Assembly (NCBI GenBank): GCA_028866995.1
Contig: JAGWHD010000001.1
Coordinates: forward strand, 183,218-247,217
Direction: 5' to 3'
DNA from: Candidatus Micrarchaeota archaeon
GTDB taxonomy: Archaea; Micrarchaeota; Micrarchaeia; Micrarchaeales; CABMGC01
Length of the DNA stretch: 64,000 bases
Made by a program: the position numbers and the translations under genes. This document shows, piece after piece, positions 8,606 to 17,838 of the stretch (position 1 is the stretch's first letter; each line of letters starts with the position of its first letter). The notes under the pieces are model-generated. The model was given only the letters and a program-made list of their open reading frames with translations. It was not told the origin of the DNA and searched no databases.

Positions 8606-9202
8606 TTAAGGGAATAGCAGCTGTCTGTAGACCATTCCCGAATAGTTGAAGACAAGGAGTCTGGGATAGCCTGACTTGAATGAGACTATCGTTATGGCTG
8701 CATACTGCGGATACATGCTGAACCTGTGATGCCCGTTCGGTTTGTAGTCTATGAAGTGGTATACAAGGGACATTAGAGGGTCGCCGTGGCTCACGATCAT
8801 GACGTTTCCCTTGCCCTTCTCTATTATCCTCTCTATAGCCGGCACCGTCCTTCTCTTCAGGTCGTTGAACTGCTCCCCGTAACCAGGATTGTTCATCTTC
8901 CATTTCTTCGCTGCTTTAGGGAGCACCTTGCCTACGAAAGGGCCTACGTCGGTCTCGGTGAACGCTTCCTCTACGTCGACTCTGATGTGCTTTGCCTTTG
9001 CCACGGCACTTGCCGTGTCATACGCCCTCCTGACTGGACTGCTGTATATCTTCGAGAGCTTCACATTCTTGAGCAGTTGCGCAAGGTGCCGTGCCTGCCT
9101 CCTGCCGAGTGCGGTCAACGGATATGGGAGCCTGCCCCCCAGGATACGCTTTGCGTTAGCCTCAGATTCGCCGTGCCTTACAAGGATAAGGTTGTCTATC
9201 AT
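8606..9202 (-). CDS. histidine phosphatase (phosphoglycerate mutase) family protein
   Basis: LVRHGESEAN catalytic RHG motif and a second His in IVSHGDP. Confidence 0.85.
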   Translation of the reverse strand: MIDNLILVRHGESEANAKRILGGRLPYPLTALGRRQARHLAQLLKNVKLSKIYSSPVRRAYDTASAVAKAKHIRVDVEEAFTETDVGPFVGKVLPKAAKKWKMNNPGYGEQFNDLKRRTVPAIERIIEKGKGNVMIVSHGDPLMSLVYHFIDYKPNGHHRFSMYPQYAAITIVSFKSGYPRLLVFNYSGMVYRQLLFP

Positions 9203-9206
9203 CGGA

Positions 9207-9563
9207 TCACAGGAGCTTCAGTCCAGAAGTCAGCATGTCTATCTCAGTGCTGTTCCATGGTCCAGCACCGAGCGCAGTTATCGTTCCTGGAGGGAGCTCC
9301 GTCAGTCCCGCATCGGTGACAAGAGCATGCGGTATCTTCTTGTACTTGAATCCCTCAGCGAGCCTCTTCAGCTCCTTGTCGGACTGCACCTTCAGCACTA
9401 TCTTCTTCTCGCCTGCGTCGAGCCACTGCTGTGCAATCTTCTTGTCGATCTTCTCGACATTGAAGTAGCTCATGAGTGAGGCATGCGCGCCCTGCGCGAT
9501 AGTCTTGCCCTTGCTCATGTGTATGTCATTCCTTATGATTATGACCTGCTTTATCTCATCCAT
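9207..9563 (-). CDS. pth2: peptidyl-tRNA hydrolase, archaeal type (Pth2)
   Basis: 118 aa. MSKGKTIAQGAHAS and ALVTDAGLTELPPGTITALGAGP are typical PTH2. Confidence 0.92.
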   Translation of the reverse strand: MDEIKQVIIIRNDIHMSKGKTIAQGAHASLMSYFNVEKIDKKIAQQWLDAGEKKIVLKVQSDKELKRLAEGFKYKKIPHALVTDAGLTELPPGTITALGAGPWNSTEIDMLTSGLKLL

Positions 9564-9692
9564 GCTTAGTAGTGGTGCGCAGAACGATTTAAAGCTTGCT
9601 GGGCTTCAGACAGAATCTTTTTAGCCTTGCGCGATGATAGGGAATCGTGGGTGTTTGGGATAGAGGCTTCGGCAGTACTCGACAGAAGAAGG

Positions 9693-10733
9693 ATGCAGAT
9701 TCCTAAAAGGCTAGAGCCATTCATGCATCTTCCATCGCTCTTCAGGAAGGATGCGGCAGTTGCTGAAACAGAGAGATACGAGACCATCAACGGCAGGGGC
9801 GTGCATTACTATGACATAGGAGGACAGCATTCCAAGGTCATGCTGCTCATACACGGAGCAGCTTCGACCGCCGAGCGCTCTTGGAGCCCGCACATGCAGC
9901 ATTTCGAGCGTGCAGGCTTCAGGGTCATTGCGCCTGACCTTCCTGGATTCGGAAGGAGCGAGCGCATGGCGAAAAGGCACAGCATGGAGACATATTCTGA
10001 ATTCATCGACGGGTTCATAAAGCACCTTGGCATCAAGAGCATGGTGCTGATGGGAAGTTCCCTTGGCGGAGGGGTTGCTGTGAGATACTCATTGGAGAAT
10101 CCCGGGAACGTCTCAAGGCTCATACTGGTCGACAGTTATGGCTTCTACAGCAATCCGCTGGGCAGGGCAGCGCACCTAGGCCTGCAGCTCTTCTCGCCGA
10201 AAGGGATGAAGCTCGTAGTGGAGCAGCTGTACAGGGTTCCGCCGCGCTTCGTGAGCATGGCGATCAACATTGGAATAAAGGACAGAAAAATAACCAAGGA
10301 AGAAGCACACAGCGTCAGCATCTTCTTCCACGAGGACAAGGTGAACGAGTCAACATTCGAGTTCGTGAAGGACGATATTTCCCATCCTGGCACTATCAGG
10401 ATGCACGGCAAGGATATAACAGTACCCTCGCTGAAACCTGTTGACAAGGTAAAGTCCGATTACAGGGACCGGATAGCAGAGCTAAACAGGAGTGGCATAC
10501 GCATTCTTGTCATACACGGGATAGACGATAGGCTGATACCCCATGAGAAGGCGAGGGAGGCCTATGCACTGCTTGAGAACGCTACGATAGCGCCGATGCC
10601 TGGAGGGCACATGGCGCACAAGGACAATCCGCATATCTTCAACCAGATCGTCGTTGAGTTCCTCCTTGAAGGCGAAGCGCGTGGGCATGACATGCTGCAC
10701 AAGGTCATGCATGGATTGAGGAGGACGGCATAA
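9693..10733 (+). CDS. alpha/beta-fold hydrolase
   Basis: LLIHGAAS oxyanion region, PDLPGFGRSE, nucleophile elbow GSSLGG, C-terminal GGHMAHKDNP. I chose the first ATG at 9693. The track ORF starts at TTG 9627. Confidence 0.8.
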   Translation: MQIPKRLEPFMHLPSLFRKDAAVAETERYETINGRGVHYYDIGGQHSKVMLLIHGAASTAERSWSPHMQHFERAGFRVIAPDLPGFGRSERMAKRHSMETYSEFIDGFIKHLGIKSMVLMGSSLGGGVAVRYSLENPGNVSRLILVDSYGFYSNPLGRAAHLGLQLFSPKGMKLVVEQLYRVPPRFVSMAINIGIKDRKITKEEAHSVSIFFHEDKVNESTFEFVKDDISHPGTIRMHGKDITVPSLKPVDKVKSDYRDRIAELNRSGIRILVIHGIDDRLIPHEKAREAYALLENATIAPMPGGHMAHKDNPHIFNQIVVEFLLEGEARGHDMLHKVMHGLRRTA

Positions 10734-10797
10734 CAGTTTTATTAGCGAGCAGTCATAGAATAGCGTGCCTGAGTTTGTGAACAGGGAAGGGCTACCA

Positions 10798-11925
10798 ATG
10801 GTCCTGAACCTCATCAAGGAGTACTACAAAGGAGTAGAGGATATAGCACCCAGAAAGACTGAGAGCCGCGAATTCGGGTTCGGCAACTGGGACGTAAAGA
10901 TCGCGTACAGGCACTTCTCTTTCTCCGGCAAGGAGGCCCTTAAGAATTACCTTGTCGCCAATCCCCCGCCATATGTCTCGTACTCTGCGGCGTACTACAA
11001 GGAGCCCGCAGGAAGGCCGATGGAGGCGAAGGGATGGGAGGGCTCAGAACTCGTCTTCGACCTCGACGTCACGGACATGAACCTCAGCTGCCATCTCGTG
11101 CATGAGAAGTCATGGGTGTGCGACAACTGCCTTGAGAGCGTGAAGCAGGAGACCATAAAGCTGATAGAGGATTTCCTGATCCCTGATTTCGGCTTCTCAG
11201 ACAAGGACCTTGAGATAAACTTCAGCGGAAACAGGGGCTACCACGTCCACGTCAACCGCGACGACGTCCTGAAGCTCGACTCATATGCGAGGAACCAGAT
11301 AACCGAGTACATCGCAGGAACAGGGATAGAGGTATCTGATCTCTTCCCCACATCTGGAAAGAAAAGCACCGCACTGATAGGGCCTAAGCCGACAGACGCA
11401 GGATGGGGAGGGAAGATCGCGAGGAACTTCCTAAAGAAATTGAACGATTCTACCGACGCGCTCGCCGAGCTCGGCATAGACAGGACGATGGCGAAGAGGC
11501 TCTACGAAAAAAGGGCGCTCATAGAGATGGGCATCAACAGGGGCAACTGGGACATGGTGTACATAAAGAACAAGGCGGAGTTCTGGCAGAAGATAAGCCA
11601 CGTGCAGGCGATAATGCAGAGCGACAAAATCGACAGGAACGTGACAAAGGACCCGAGCCACCTGATAAGACTGCCGAATTCCATACACGGAGAGACCGGG
11701 CTTATCGCGAAGAAGGTGAAGAGCCTTGCCGATCTTGGCTCCTTTGACCCGATGAAGGACGCAATAGCCTTTAGGAAGAGGCAGATGACGGTGTTCGCTA
11801 ACTCGAAGTACAGGATAATCATGAACGGGCAGCAGTTCGGGCCTTACAAGGAAAAGGAGACAACTGTGCCGATATACGCTGCCCTTTACCTCTATTTGAA
11901 GGGGTTGGCTAGGTTCGTCTTCTAG
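10798..11925 (+). CDS. priS: DNA primase small (catalytic) subunit PriS
   Basis: LVFDLDVTD (DxD), Zn-knuckle CHLVHEKSWVCDNC, FSGNRGYHVHV, and later RLPNSIHGETG. ATG at 10798; the track starts at GTG 10765. Confidence 0.92.
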   Translation: MVLNLIKEYYKGVEDIAPRKTESREFGFGNWDVKIAYRHFSFSGKEALKNYLVANPPPYVSYSAAYYKEPAGRPMEAKGWEGSELVFDLDVTDMNLSCHLVHEKSWVCDNCLESVKQETIKLIEDFLIPDFGFSDKDLEINFSGNRGYHVHVNRDDVLKLDSYARNQITEYIAGTGIEVSDLFPTSGKKSTALIGPKPTDAGWGGKIARNFLKKLNDSTDALAELGIDRTMAKRLYEKRALIEMGINRGNWDMVYIKNKAEFWQKISHVQAIMQSDKIDRNVTKDPSHLIRLPNSIHGETGLIAKKVKSLADLGSFDPMKDAIAFRKRQMTVFANSKYRIIMNGQQFGPYKEKETTVPIYAALYLYLKGLARFVF

Positions 11926-12796
11926 GCATGGCTAGCGCCGCAGCGCCTATTATGCCTGCATCCGCGCCAAGCTTTGAATGGACGAGGTTTATTCCCTTCG
12001 GGAACTGGACCATGTAGTTGCCCATCATCTTCTCAGCCTTGGCCTTCGCCTCGGAGATGAACCTATGCTGGTTGTTCGCCACTGATCCGCCGACGACTAT
12101 CAATTCGGGATCCACTGTCGACTGGATTATGGCGATGGCCGCTGCAGCGCTGTGCACCGCGTCCTCTATTATTTTTGAATATCGGTTACGACTGCCGTAG
12201 CCTCGCTTGAAGACGTCCTTGGTCTCTATGGAGGCGCTGCGTCCCCTGCTGGCCATGTCGCGTATGCCCATACCGCTGAATCTTGACTCTATCCTGGAGC
12301 CGTCCTCATGCACCATCATGGGGCCGAGCTGGCCGGCGATGAGATGCGAGCCGTTGATTATCCTGCCGTCCTCTATCGTGCAGAAGGCAACGCCGCTCGA
12401 TATGGTTAGATATACGGAGAGCCTGCATCCTCTGCTCGCGCCGAAGAGGTGCTCGCCAAGCGCGGCAGCCCTGACGTCGTTGGCCGCGAACGTCCTGATC
12501 CCGAGCTTGTTCCTGAAGAAAGAGGAGATGTTGAAGCCGCGCCATACGGAGCTGTACAATATGCTGCCTGAGAACGGGTCTACTATGCCCAGCGTTCCTA
12601 TGCCTATGCCCTTGGGTCTCGAACTTGAATGATGGATCATCTCGCTGGCCGCATCGACGCAGTGGGCAAGAACATCTTGCGAGTCCTTCATCTCCTTCCT
12701 GAGGTGCACGCTCCTGCGCAAGACCTTGCCCTTCGGCGATACGAGGCCTGCCGCGACCTTCGTCTTCCCGACGTCTATGCCTATGTACGTGTCCAT
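11909..12796 (-). CDS. ROK-family sugar kinase (glucokinase-like)
   Basis: IGIDVGKTKVAAGLV N-terminal ATP motif, ANDVRAAALGE, and the GSHLIAGQLG region. ATG 12796 lies 2 nt after the stop of the upstream gene. The 3' end overlaps priS convergently by 17 nt. Confidence 0.8.
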   Translation of the reverse strand: MDTYIGIDVGKTKVAAGLVSPKGKVLRRSVHLRKEMKDSQDVLAHCVDAASEMIHHSSSRPKGIGIGTLGIVDPFSGSILYSSVWRGFNISSFFRNKLGIRTFAANDVRAAALGEHLFGASRGCRLSVYLTISSGVAFCTIEDGRIINGSHLIAGQLGPMMVHEDGSRIESRFSGMGIRDMASRGRSASIETKDVFKRGYGSRNRYSKIIEDAVHSAAAAIAIIQSTVDPELIVVGGSVANNQHRFISEAKAKAEKMMGNYMVQFPKGINLVHSKLGADAGIIGAAALAMPRRRT

Positions 12797-12798
12797 GG

Positions 12799-13866
12799 TC
12801 ACAGCTTCATGTTCAGCCTGCTTACATCGGTGTAGAAAGGGACTCCCTTGTAGTGCCACACGTCAAGGTTTACGTTGTTTGACCTGTTCGCCCTCACTAT
12901 GTCGTAGAAGTATTCCGTGTCCAGCCTACCCTTGTTTGTCGCGGCCATCCCGTGGAGCGCCGCTATCCTGCCCATGCTGTAGTCGAACGAGAGCACCTCA
13001 GGCCTTCCGCTGACAGTGCTCCTTATGTAGCCCCTGTTCTGCTTCAGGTTCCAGAAATCTGTCTTTGTCCTCGCGTCATGAAAGGCGCTGTACCTTATGA
13101 CCGAGCGCTTCGTCCAGTCCTTGACCTTCTTCAGCCCCTTACTCGTGGTGTATAGTCGCACCGCCTCCTCAAACGTTTGAGTAGGGTATGATGTGAAAGG
13201 AGTATAGAACATGCTCTCGAAGTTCTTGACCTTCCTGAGTTCGTCCCAGTGCCTCGTCCAGTGGTCGACGTACTCCCCGAACGCCTTCTTGTAGGCCTTC
13301 CCGCCTATCACGCTGCTGAGAGGCACGCACTCGACGTTCTTCAGCCCGAACTCGCTTGCGAACTTCCTCGTGCCGTCCATCATGCGCCTGGTATGGCTGG
13401 GCTTTACCCCTATGAATATGCTGCTGTCGAAGACGTCGTTCTCCATCGCCAGCCTTATCCTTGTCCTCCTGCCCGTGAATCCCTGCAGCGCCTTTGCGAA
13501 GCTGTCCAGCCTGTTGAGGTATGCAAGCGTCGAAAGGTCGGGGTTCTTGAACTCGACCTTGAGGTTGTTCTGTATCTTGCCAATGTACGTGACTACGAGG
13601 AAATCGTTCCTGGGCATCGATTCGAGGTATTCGGCGTACCTTTTCACGTCGCCGTCGTAGCGCGCGAAGCCGTTGCCCTTTATGAACTGTTCCGTACTCT
13701 TGAAGTCCGTCCTTATCCTTGACTTCGCGTCCTTGGCTATCATCCTCTTCAGCGCGTCCTTTGAGACGCTCCTCCTCTTGAATGATATGCGCTTCGAGAG
13801 CACTGCGTCTGACCAGCCGAACCTGAACGGCATGCTAGATGCCTTAGGCATTATCCCGGTTTTCAT
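12799..13866 (-). CDS. hypothetical protein (355 aa; possible DIT1/PvcA-like layout, unverified)
   Basis: Long ORF with window-typical codon usage. Segments FLVVTYIGKIQNNLKVEFKNPDLSTLAYLNRL, RIRLAMENDVFDSS, RSVIRYSAF and YIRSTVSG. Function not established from sequence alone. Confidence 0.75.
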   Translation of the reverse strand: MKTGIMPKASSMPFRFGWSDAVLSKRISFKRRSVSKDALKRMIAKDAKSRIRTDFKSTEQFIKGNGFARYDGDVKRYAEYLESMPRNDFLVVTYIGKIQNNLKVEFKNPDLSTLAYLNRLDSFAKALQGFTGRRTRIRLAMENDVFDSSIFIGVKPSHTRRMMDGTRKFASEFGLKNVECVPLSSVIGGKAYKKAFGEYVDHWTRHWDELRKVKNFESMFYTPFTSYPTQTFEEAVRLYTTSKGLKKVKDWTKRSVIRYSAFHDARTKTDFWNLKQNRGYIRSTVSGRPEVLSFDYSMGRIAALHGMAATNKGRLDTEYFYDIVRANRSNNVNLDVWHYKGVPFYTDVSRLNMKL

Positions 13867-13925
13867 TTATGCACCCAGCTAGATATTGCCGCATAGCTTT
13901 AAATTGCAGCGCTACCTTCGGAGGA

Positions 13926-15770
13926 TCATGCGTCCTGGAAGGCGGGCTCCTCCGGCTGCCTCAGCAGGCCGTGGACCGCTTCTATCAGCGGCTTCATGTG
14001 CTGCGCGGCAAGACCCTTGTGCTCCTCGGCGCCAGTCTTCACGGTCTCGAGATGGCCGTCTATGACCTCGGCGCTGACTCCCATCTGCCTCAGCCTCTCG
14101 ACGACGTCGCGCACGACCACAGGCGACTGACTAGGGATGCCTATGCGCTCGAAGGAGCGCTCGACGGTCTTCGCGGATATGCCGTCCATGTGGAGTATGA
14201 CGTCCATCATGCCCATGCATATCCCCTGGTCGGTCGCCTTCTCCCGCATGCCGCTGTTGACAGCTTCCAGGAATTCCTTCTCGGTGAATGTGAAGCCCTT
14301 TGGCACCAGCGCATATGCCAGGAAGGCCTCGCCCCTCTGCAGCCTGTCAAGCGTGTGCATGTGGTGCTCGCCTTCCCTTCTGTAATGCACCGCATGCAGT
14401 TTCATGCCGGAGCGCTCCAGCTCATCCTTTGTTGCAGATACCTCAGCCTCTGGCACGACAGTGACCTTGAGGCTGCTGCTGCCGTTCTTGCCGTGCAGGT
14501 ATATCATCGCGACTCCGTGGCCAGGCAGCGTGTCCGCTATGAAGCCCACGTTGTGCCTGCCGTCCTTCTTTGTCACAGAAGAGTAGAATGCGTCGCCGTA
14601 GTACCCCTCCTTCCCAGGATACCTCTTCGACTTGTGGAACGCGTTCATCCTAGCCGAGGCCTCTATCGCCATCTCCCTGCTGACGCCTTCGTATCTCCTG
14701 ATGGCCCTGTATGTCATTATGAACTCGGCAGCGAGCCTGGATACCGACTCGTCGCTTATGTCGAGCCCGTAGTCGGAAGCCTTGCCCGTGTACCTGTCCT
14801 TCCCGATGTCCTTCAGCAGCTTTGTGTACTTTCCGAAAAGCCCCTCGTCCACGATGACGTTCGTGTCCGCCTTCACGTCTATTATGCCGGACATGAGCTG
14901 CGCCAGCGTGCGCTTGTAGATCCTGTCGCCGTGCGGCATCATGCCGGATATGATCGGCGTCTCGTCTATAAGTATGACCCTGCTGAAGCCCGCTGCCGCT
15001 ATCCTCCCGTGCATCATCATCTCAGCAAGGTCTGGCATGTTCACGGAGCTGGCCTCGTAGCCGAGCTTGGACAGCGTCAGGAACATCGCGGTTTGCATCG
15101 CGTCCTGGTGAGTGGCTATGTAGTCGGCTATCTCCTGCTCCACGCTATCCGCGGTGCCGCCCTTGAGCTGCTTCTCCCTGGAGGCGCTGTACCAGTTGCC
15201 GAGCATGATGGCACCTGCCTGCCTTGCGCTCTCTTCGACATAGGAGCCCTGTATCTTATCGATTACAGCGCCTATGCTGCCCAGAAGCTCCCTGGCCCGC
15301 GGATCAGTGCAGTCAGCAAAGCCCTTCTGCAGGAAGGAGAACGTTGTCCCCATGTCCTTCAGCTTCCTGAATGCGATATCGTAGTCCTGCGTGCTCATCG
15401 TCGTCTTTCCGGGCTGGCCGTACTGGGCGAAGACCTTCCTGTCCATAGCCGTTATGCTCCTCCACATGTCCCTAGAGGTCCTTGTGCCCTCCTCAAGGCC
15501 GTTGCTTGCCGCGATCTGCCCTAACTCCTTCAGCACGCCGAGCATGCCTTCCCTGTTGCCTTCCCACAGGTCAAGAGTTCCGCCGAAGTACGCCCTTGTT
15601 ATCTTCCTGATCTTCTCCTCAGACACAGGTGGCTTGAATGCGCGTATCGTATCCTTTACCTTACCTATGTCCACTACCAGTCTCTGCGACTCAGTCCTTG
15701 CGGGTGCGGGAACAGACCTTTCAGTAGCGACAACTCTGGAAGAACCGTTTTTCTGGTGTGTTAACTCCAT
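13926..15770 (-). CDS. hypothetical protein (614 aa, soluble, no recognisable motif)
   Basis: Longest non-housekeeping ORF in the window. ATG 15770 (MELTHQ) is preceded by GTGAT 8 nt upstream (SD-like). The track ORF extends to GTG 15863. The antisense 551-aa ORF on the plus strand is R/H/L/V-rich and judged a shadow. TATA-like TTTATATA at about 15948-15958. Confidence 0.75.
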   Translation of the reverse strand: MELTHQKNGSSRVVATERSVPAPARTESQRLVVDIGKVKDTIRAFKPPVSEEKIRKITRAYFGGTLDLWEGNREGMLGVLKELGQIAASNGLEEGTRTSRDMWRSITAMDRKVFAQYGQPGKTTMSTQDYDIAFRKLKDMGTTFSFLQKGFADCTDPRARELLGSIGAVIDKIQGSYVEESARQAGAIMLGNWYSASREKQLKGGTADSVEQEIADYIATHQDAMQTAMFLTLSKLGYEASSVNMPDLAEMMMHGRIAAAGFSRVILIDETPIISGMMPHGDRIYKRTLAQLMSGIIDVKADTNVIVDEGLFGKYTKLLKDIGKDRYTGKASDYGLDISDESVSRLAAEFIMTYRAIRRYEGVSREMAIEASARMNAFHKSKRYPGKEGYYGDAFYSSVTKKDGRHNVGFIADTLPGHGVAMIYLHGKNGSSSLKVTVVPEAEVSATKDELERSGMKLHAVHYRREGEHHMHTLDRLQRGEAFLAYALVPKGFTFTEKEFLEAVNSGMREKATDQGICMGMMDVILHMDGISAKTVERSFERIGIPSQSPVVVRDVVERLRQMGVSAEVIDGHLETVKTGAEEHKGLAAQHMKPLIEAVHGLLRQPEEPAFQDA

Positions 15771-15981
15771 ATCAAAATCACTTCTTGCAGAAGGCCGAGC
15801 GACGATGCAGGCCTTATGCGACAGTTGAGACCGTCCACAAGGCAGATGAGACGGAGACGACACTAAGCATGTCGTCGTAGAACAAGTATGCCATTGCCTT
15901 TTGTAGCGCGGTCATGTATCTTACACTTGCTAAACTTGTAGATTGACTCGTATATAAACGTTTTGTGCAGCGGCTGGCGAT

Positions 15982-16821
15982 TCACGTAAGGATGAGGAAC
16001 GCTATCCCTGCCAGCACCAGCAGCGTCGCTATCGCCTTCTTCAGCAGATCGTCGCGCTCTCTCAGGAATATCGCAGCCAGTATGACAGTTATGATGACGT
16101 AGGATTGGCTTATCGGATAGACCTGGTCTGCGAGGCCGCCGAAGTGGTAAGCGTAGAACAGAAGCAGCGCGGCTCCAGAATAGAAGGCGGAGGTGACCGT
16201 CATCTTCAGGATCCTCTCCCTGTTCGCGAAGAGCCTCAGCGAGCTGGGCTTGAACAGCAGCATCAGTATCCCTGGGAGCAGGAACGCAAGCATCTCGTAC
16301 GACGCCACATCTACTCTAGTGAGTATGAATGTGTCATTGATGAAGCCAAGGCCCAGCAGAGCTGAGCCGATTATCGCATAGATGTGCCCTCTGTTGACCT
16401 TCATGCTCTTCGGGCTGAAGAACACGACGAACACGCTCGCGATGATGAGAAGCGTGCCAATCATCATCGCTGTTGATAGCCTCTCGCTCAGAAGCAGGGT
16501 CGATCCCACCGCCACCAGAAGGCTCCTGAAAGACCCAATCAGCGTAACCTCCGAAGCCTCGGACAGCTTCAGCGCCTTGAAGAAGAAGTAGTTGACACCT
16601 GCATATATGAACGGCATGACTACGAGGTTCGGTACGAAGTTCTGGAGGCCCGAGAAATCAAGTCCGTGGATGATGGCGAAAGCGGCTATGAAGACTGTCG
16701 CAAGTATCTGGAAGAAGGTGGCACTCTCTATCGGATCGCTCTTCATCACGAAGCTCTTCTGCAGCAGGACTGCCATCGCAGAGCAGAACGCGCTTACAAG
16801 AACGAGGGGGACCCAGTACAT
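15982..16821 (-). CDS. EamA/DMT-superfamily transporter
   Basis: 279 aa, about 10 hydrophobic segments in two repeats, typical DMT architecture. Confidence 0.75.
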   Translation of the reverse strand: MYWVPLVLVSAFCSAMAVLLQKSFVMKSDPIESATFFQILATVFIAAFAIIHGLDFSGLQNFVPNLVVMPFIYAGVNYFFFKALKLSEASEVTLIGSFRSLLVAVGSTLLLSERLSTAMMIGTLLIIASVFVVFFSPKSMKVNRGHIYAIIGSALLGLGFINDTFILTRVDVASYEMLAFLLPGILMLLFKPSSLRLFANRERILKMTVTSAFYSGAALLLFYAYHFGGLADQVYPISQSYVIITVILAAIFLRERDDLLKKAIATLLVLAGIAFLILT

Positions 16822-16857
16822 CGAATCAGCTTCTATTAGTATTGTTATAAAGGCTTG

Positions 16858-17736
16858 TCATGTTGAAGGGGCGCTATATCCCGACTGCCAGTTGGCGTTC
16901 CATGTTACTTTTACCGGAGTGCCCTGGTTGCTGTTGCCTGAGTAGTCGTTCGCGTTGCCGTTGAGGGGCCACCATGCTATGACATGCTGCAGGTCTATCG
17001 GCGCTCCTCCTATACCTTCCTGATAGAGCGCCTTTATCGAACCAGAATCGAGCGATGTGTTGTACATTTGGACATTCGCAATATTGTTGTCTCCGCCAGC
17101 GTCTCCGCTGCCTATAGATAGCGAACTATTGTCTGTGTTAGTATCGTATGTGACTGAGACGTTAGAGGATAGAGTATTCTCGTAGAGGACCAGTTTGGAC
17201 GAACCGTCATAAGTTAGGGCATAGAAGTACCATGTATTTACTGCAGGTATACTGCCGGGCATGTTGAATTGTTGGTTATTCCTTTTGAACGGAGGTATGG
17301 TAATGGAGCCTAGTCCGCCGTAGAAAAAAAGGTAGCCCCCGTTGGAAACTGCAGAGTTTCCCTTTTTGATGAATCCGGGATATCCGCCGCTAGGCAATGC
17401 GTCGTTGATGTTTCCCCAGAGCGTTATCGTGAATGGCCCGTTGAGCCTAAGGCTTGACCTGTCTGGGACTTGCACGTACGAAGCTGCTCCCCCTCCGCCA
17501 GAGAATCTGGCCACGTATTTAGGAACCAGATTGTTGCATTGCCCAGCGAGCGAGACTTGGGCAGCTGTTCTTATGACTTGGCAGGATCCTGGAGTCGCAG
17601 TCGGTTGAAGGTTGCCTGAATTGAATATCCCCAACGAATAGAGCGACACCATGACGATGGCGATGGCGAGGATCGCCCATCCGTAGGTCATCAGGTACTC
17701 CATCGCTGACTGCAGCTTCGTGGCCTTTTTCGGCAT
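16858..17736 (-). CDS. type IV pilin-like (class III signal peptide) protein fused to a LamG/concanavalin-like domain
   Basis: N-terminus MPKKATKLQSAMEYLMTYGWAILAIAIV matches the archaeal prepilin leader plus hydrophobic helix. The body has LamG_3-like blocks (YVQVPDRSSLRLNGPFTITLWGN, WYFYALTYDGSSKLVLYEN, ALYQEGIGG, WWPLNGNANDYSGNSNQG). Confidence 0.75.
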   Translation of the reverse strand: MPKKATKLQSAMEYLMTYGWAILAIAIVMVSLYSLGIFNSGNLQPTATPGSCQVIRTAAQVSLAGQCNNLVPKYVARFSGGGGAASYVQVPDRSSLRLNGPFTITLWGNINDALPSGGYPGFIKKGNSAVSNGGYLFFYGGLGSITIPPFKRNNQQFNMPGSIPAVNTWYFYALTYDGSSKLVLYENTLSSNVSVTYDTNTDNSSLSIGSGDAGGDNNIANVQMYNTSLDSGSIKALYQEGIGGAPIDLQHVIAWWPLNGNANDYSGNSNQGTPVKVTWNANWQSGYSAPST

Positions 17737-17761
17737 GAATTATTCTTCCAGACTCGCTAAT

Positions 17762-17777
17762 AAAAAGATATATATAG
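17762..17777. promoter_or_regulatory. palindromic AT box (AAAAGATATATATAG) serving divergent genes (pilin-like / L15e)
   Basis: Lies about 30-40 nt upstream of ATG 17736 (minus strand) and about 60 nt upstream of ATG 17839 (plus strand). Confidence 0.4.
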
Positions 17778-17838
17778 TTTCCATGCTCATCCTTCCTTAC
17801 TGCTTATTCATTCGATAAGTGCAGTTTTTGTGGTCCCT

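Noticed and set aside
15300-15420. Walker A-like string GQPGKTT in the 614-aa orphan protein
   Set aside because: The spacing is GxxGKT, not [AG]x4GK[ST], and no Walker B or other NTPase motif follows. I do not treat it as a P-loop.
13869-15524. 551-aa plus-strand ORF antisense to the 614-aa orphan gene
   Set aside because: It is extremely R/H/L/V/A-rich and has no ATG-proximal promoter box. The minus-strand frame has balanced composition and an SD-like GTGAT. Some uncertainty remains, because neither frame has a recognisable domain.
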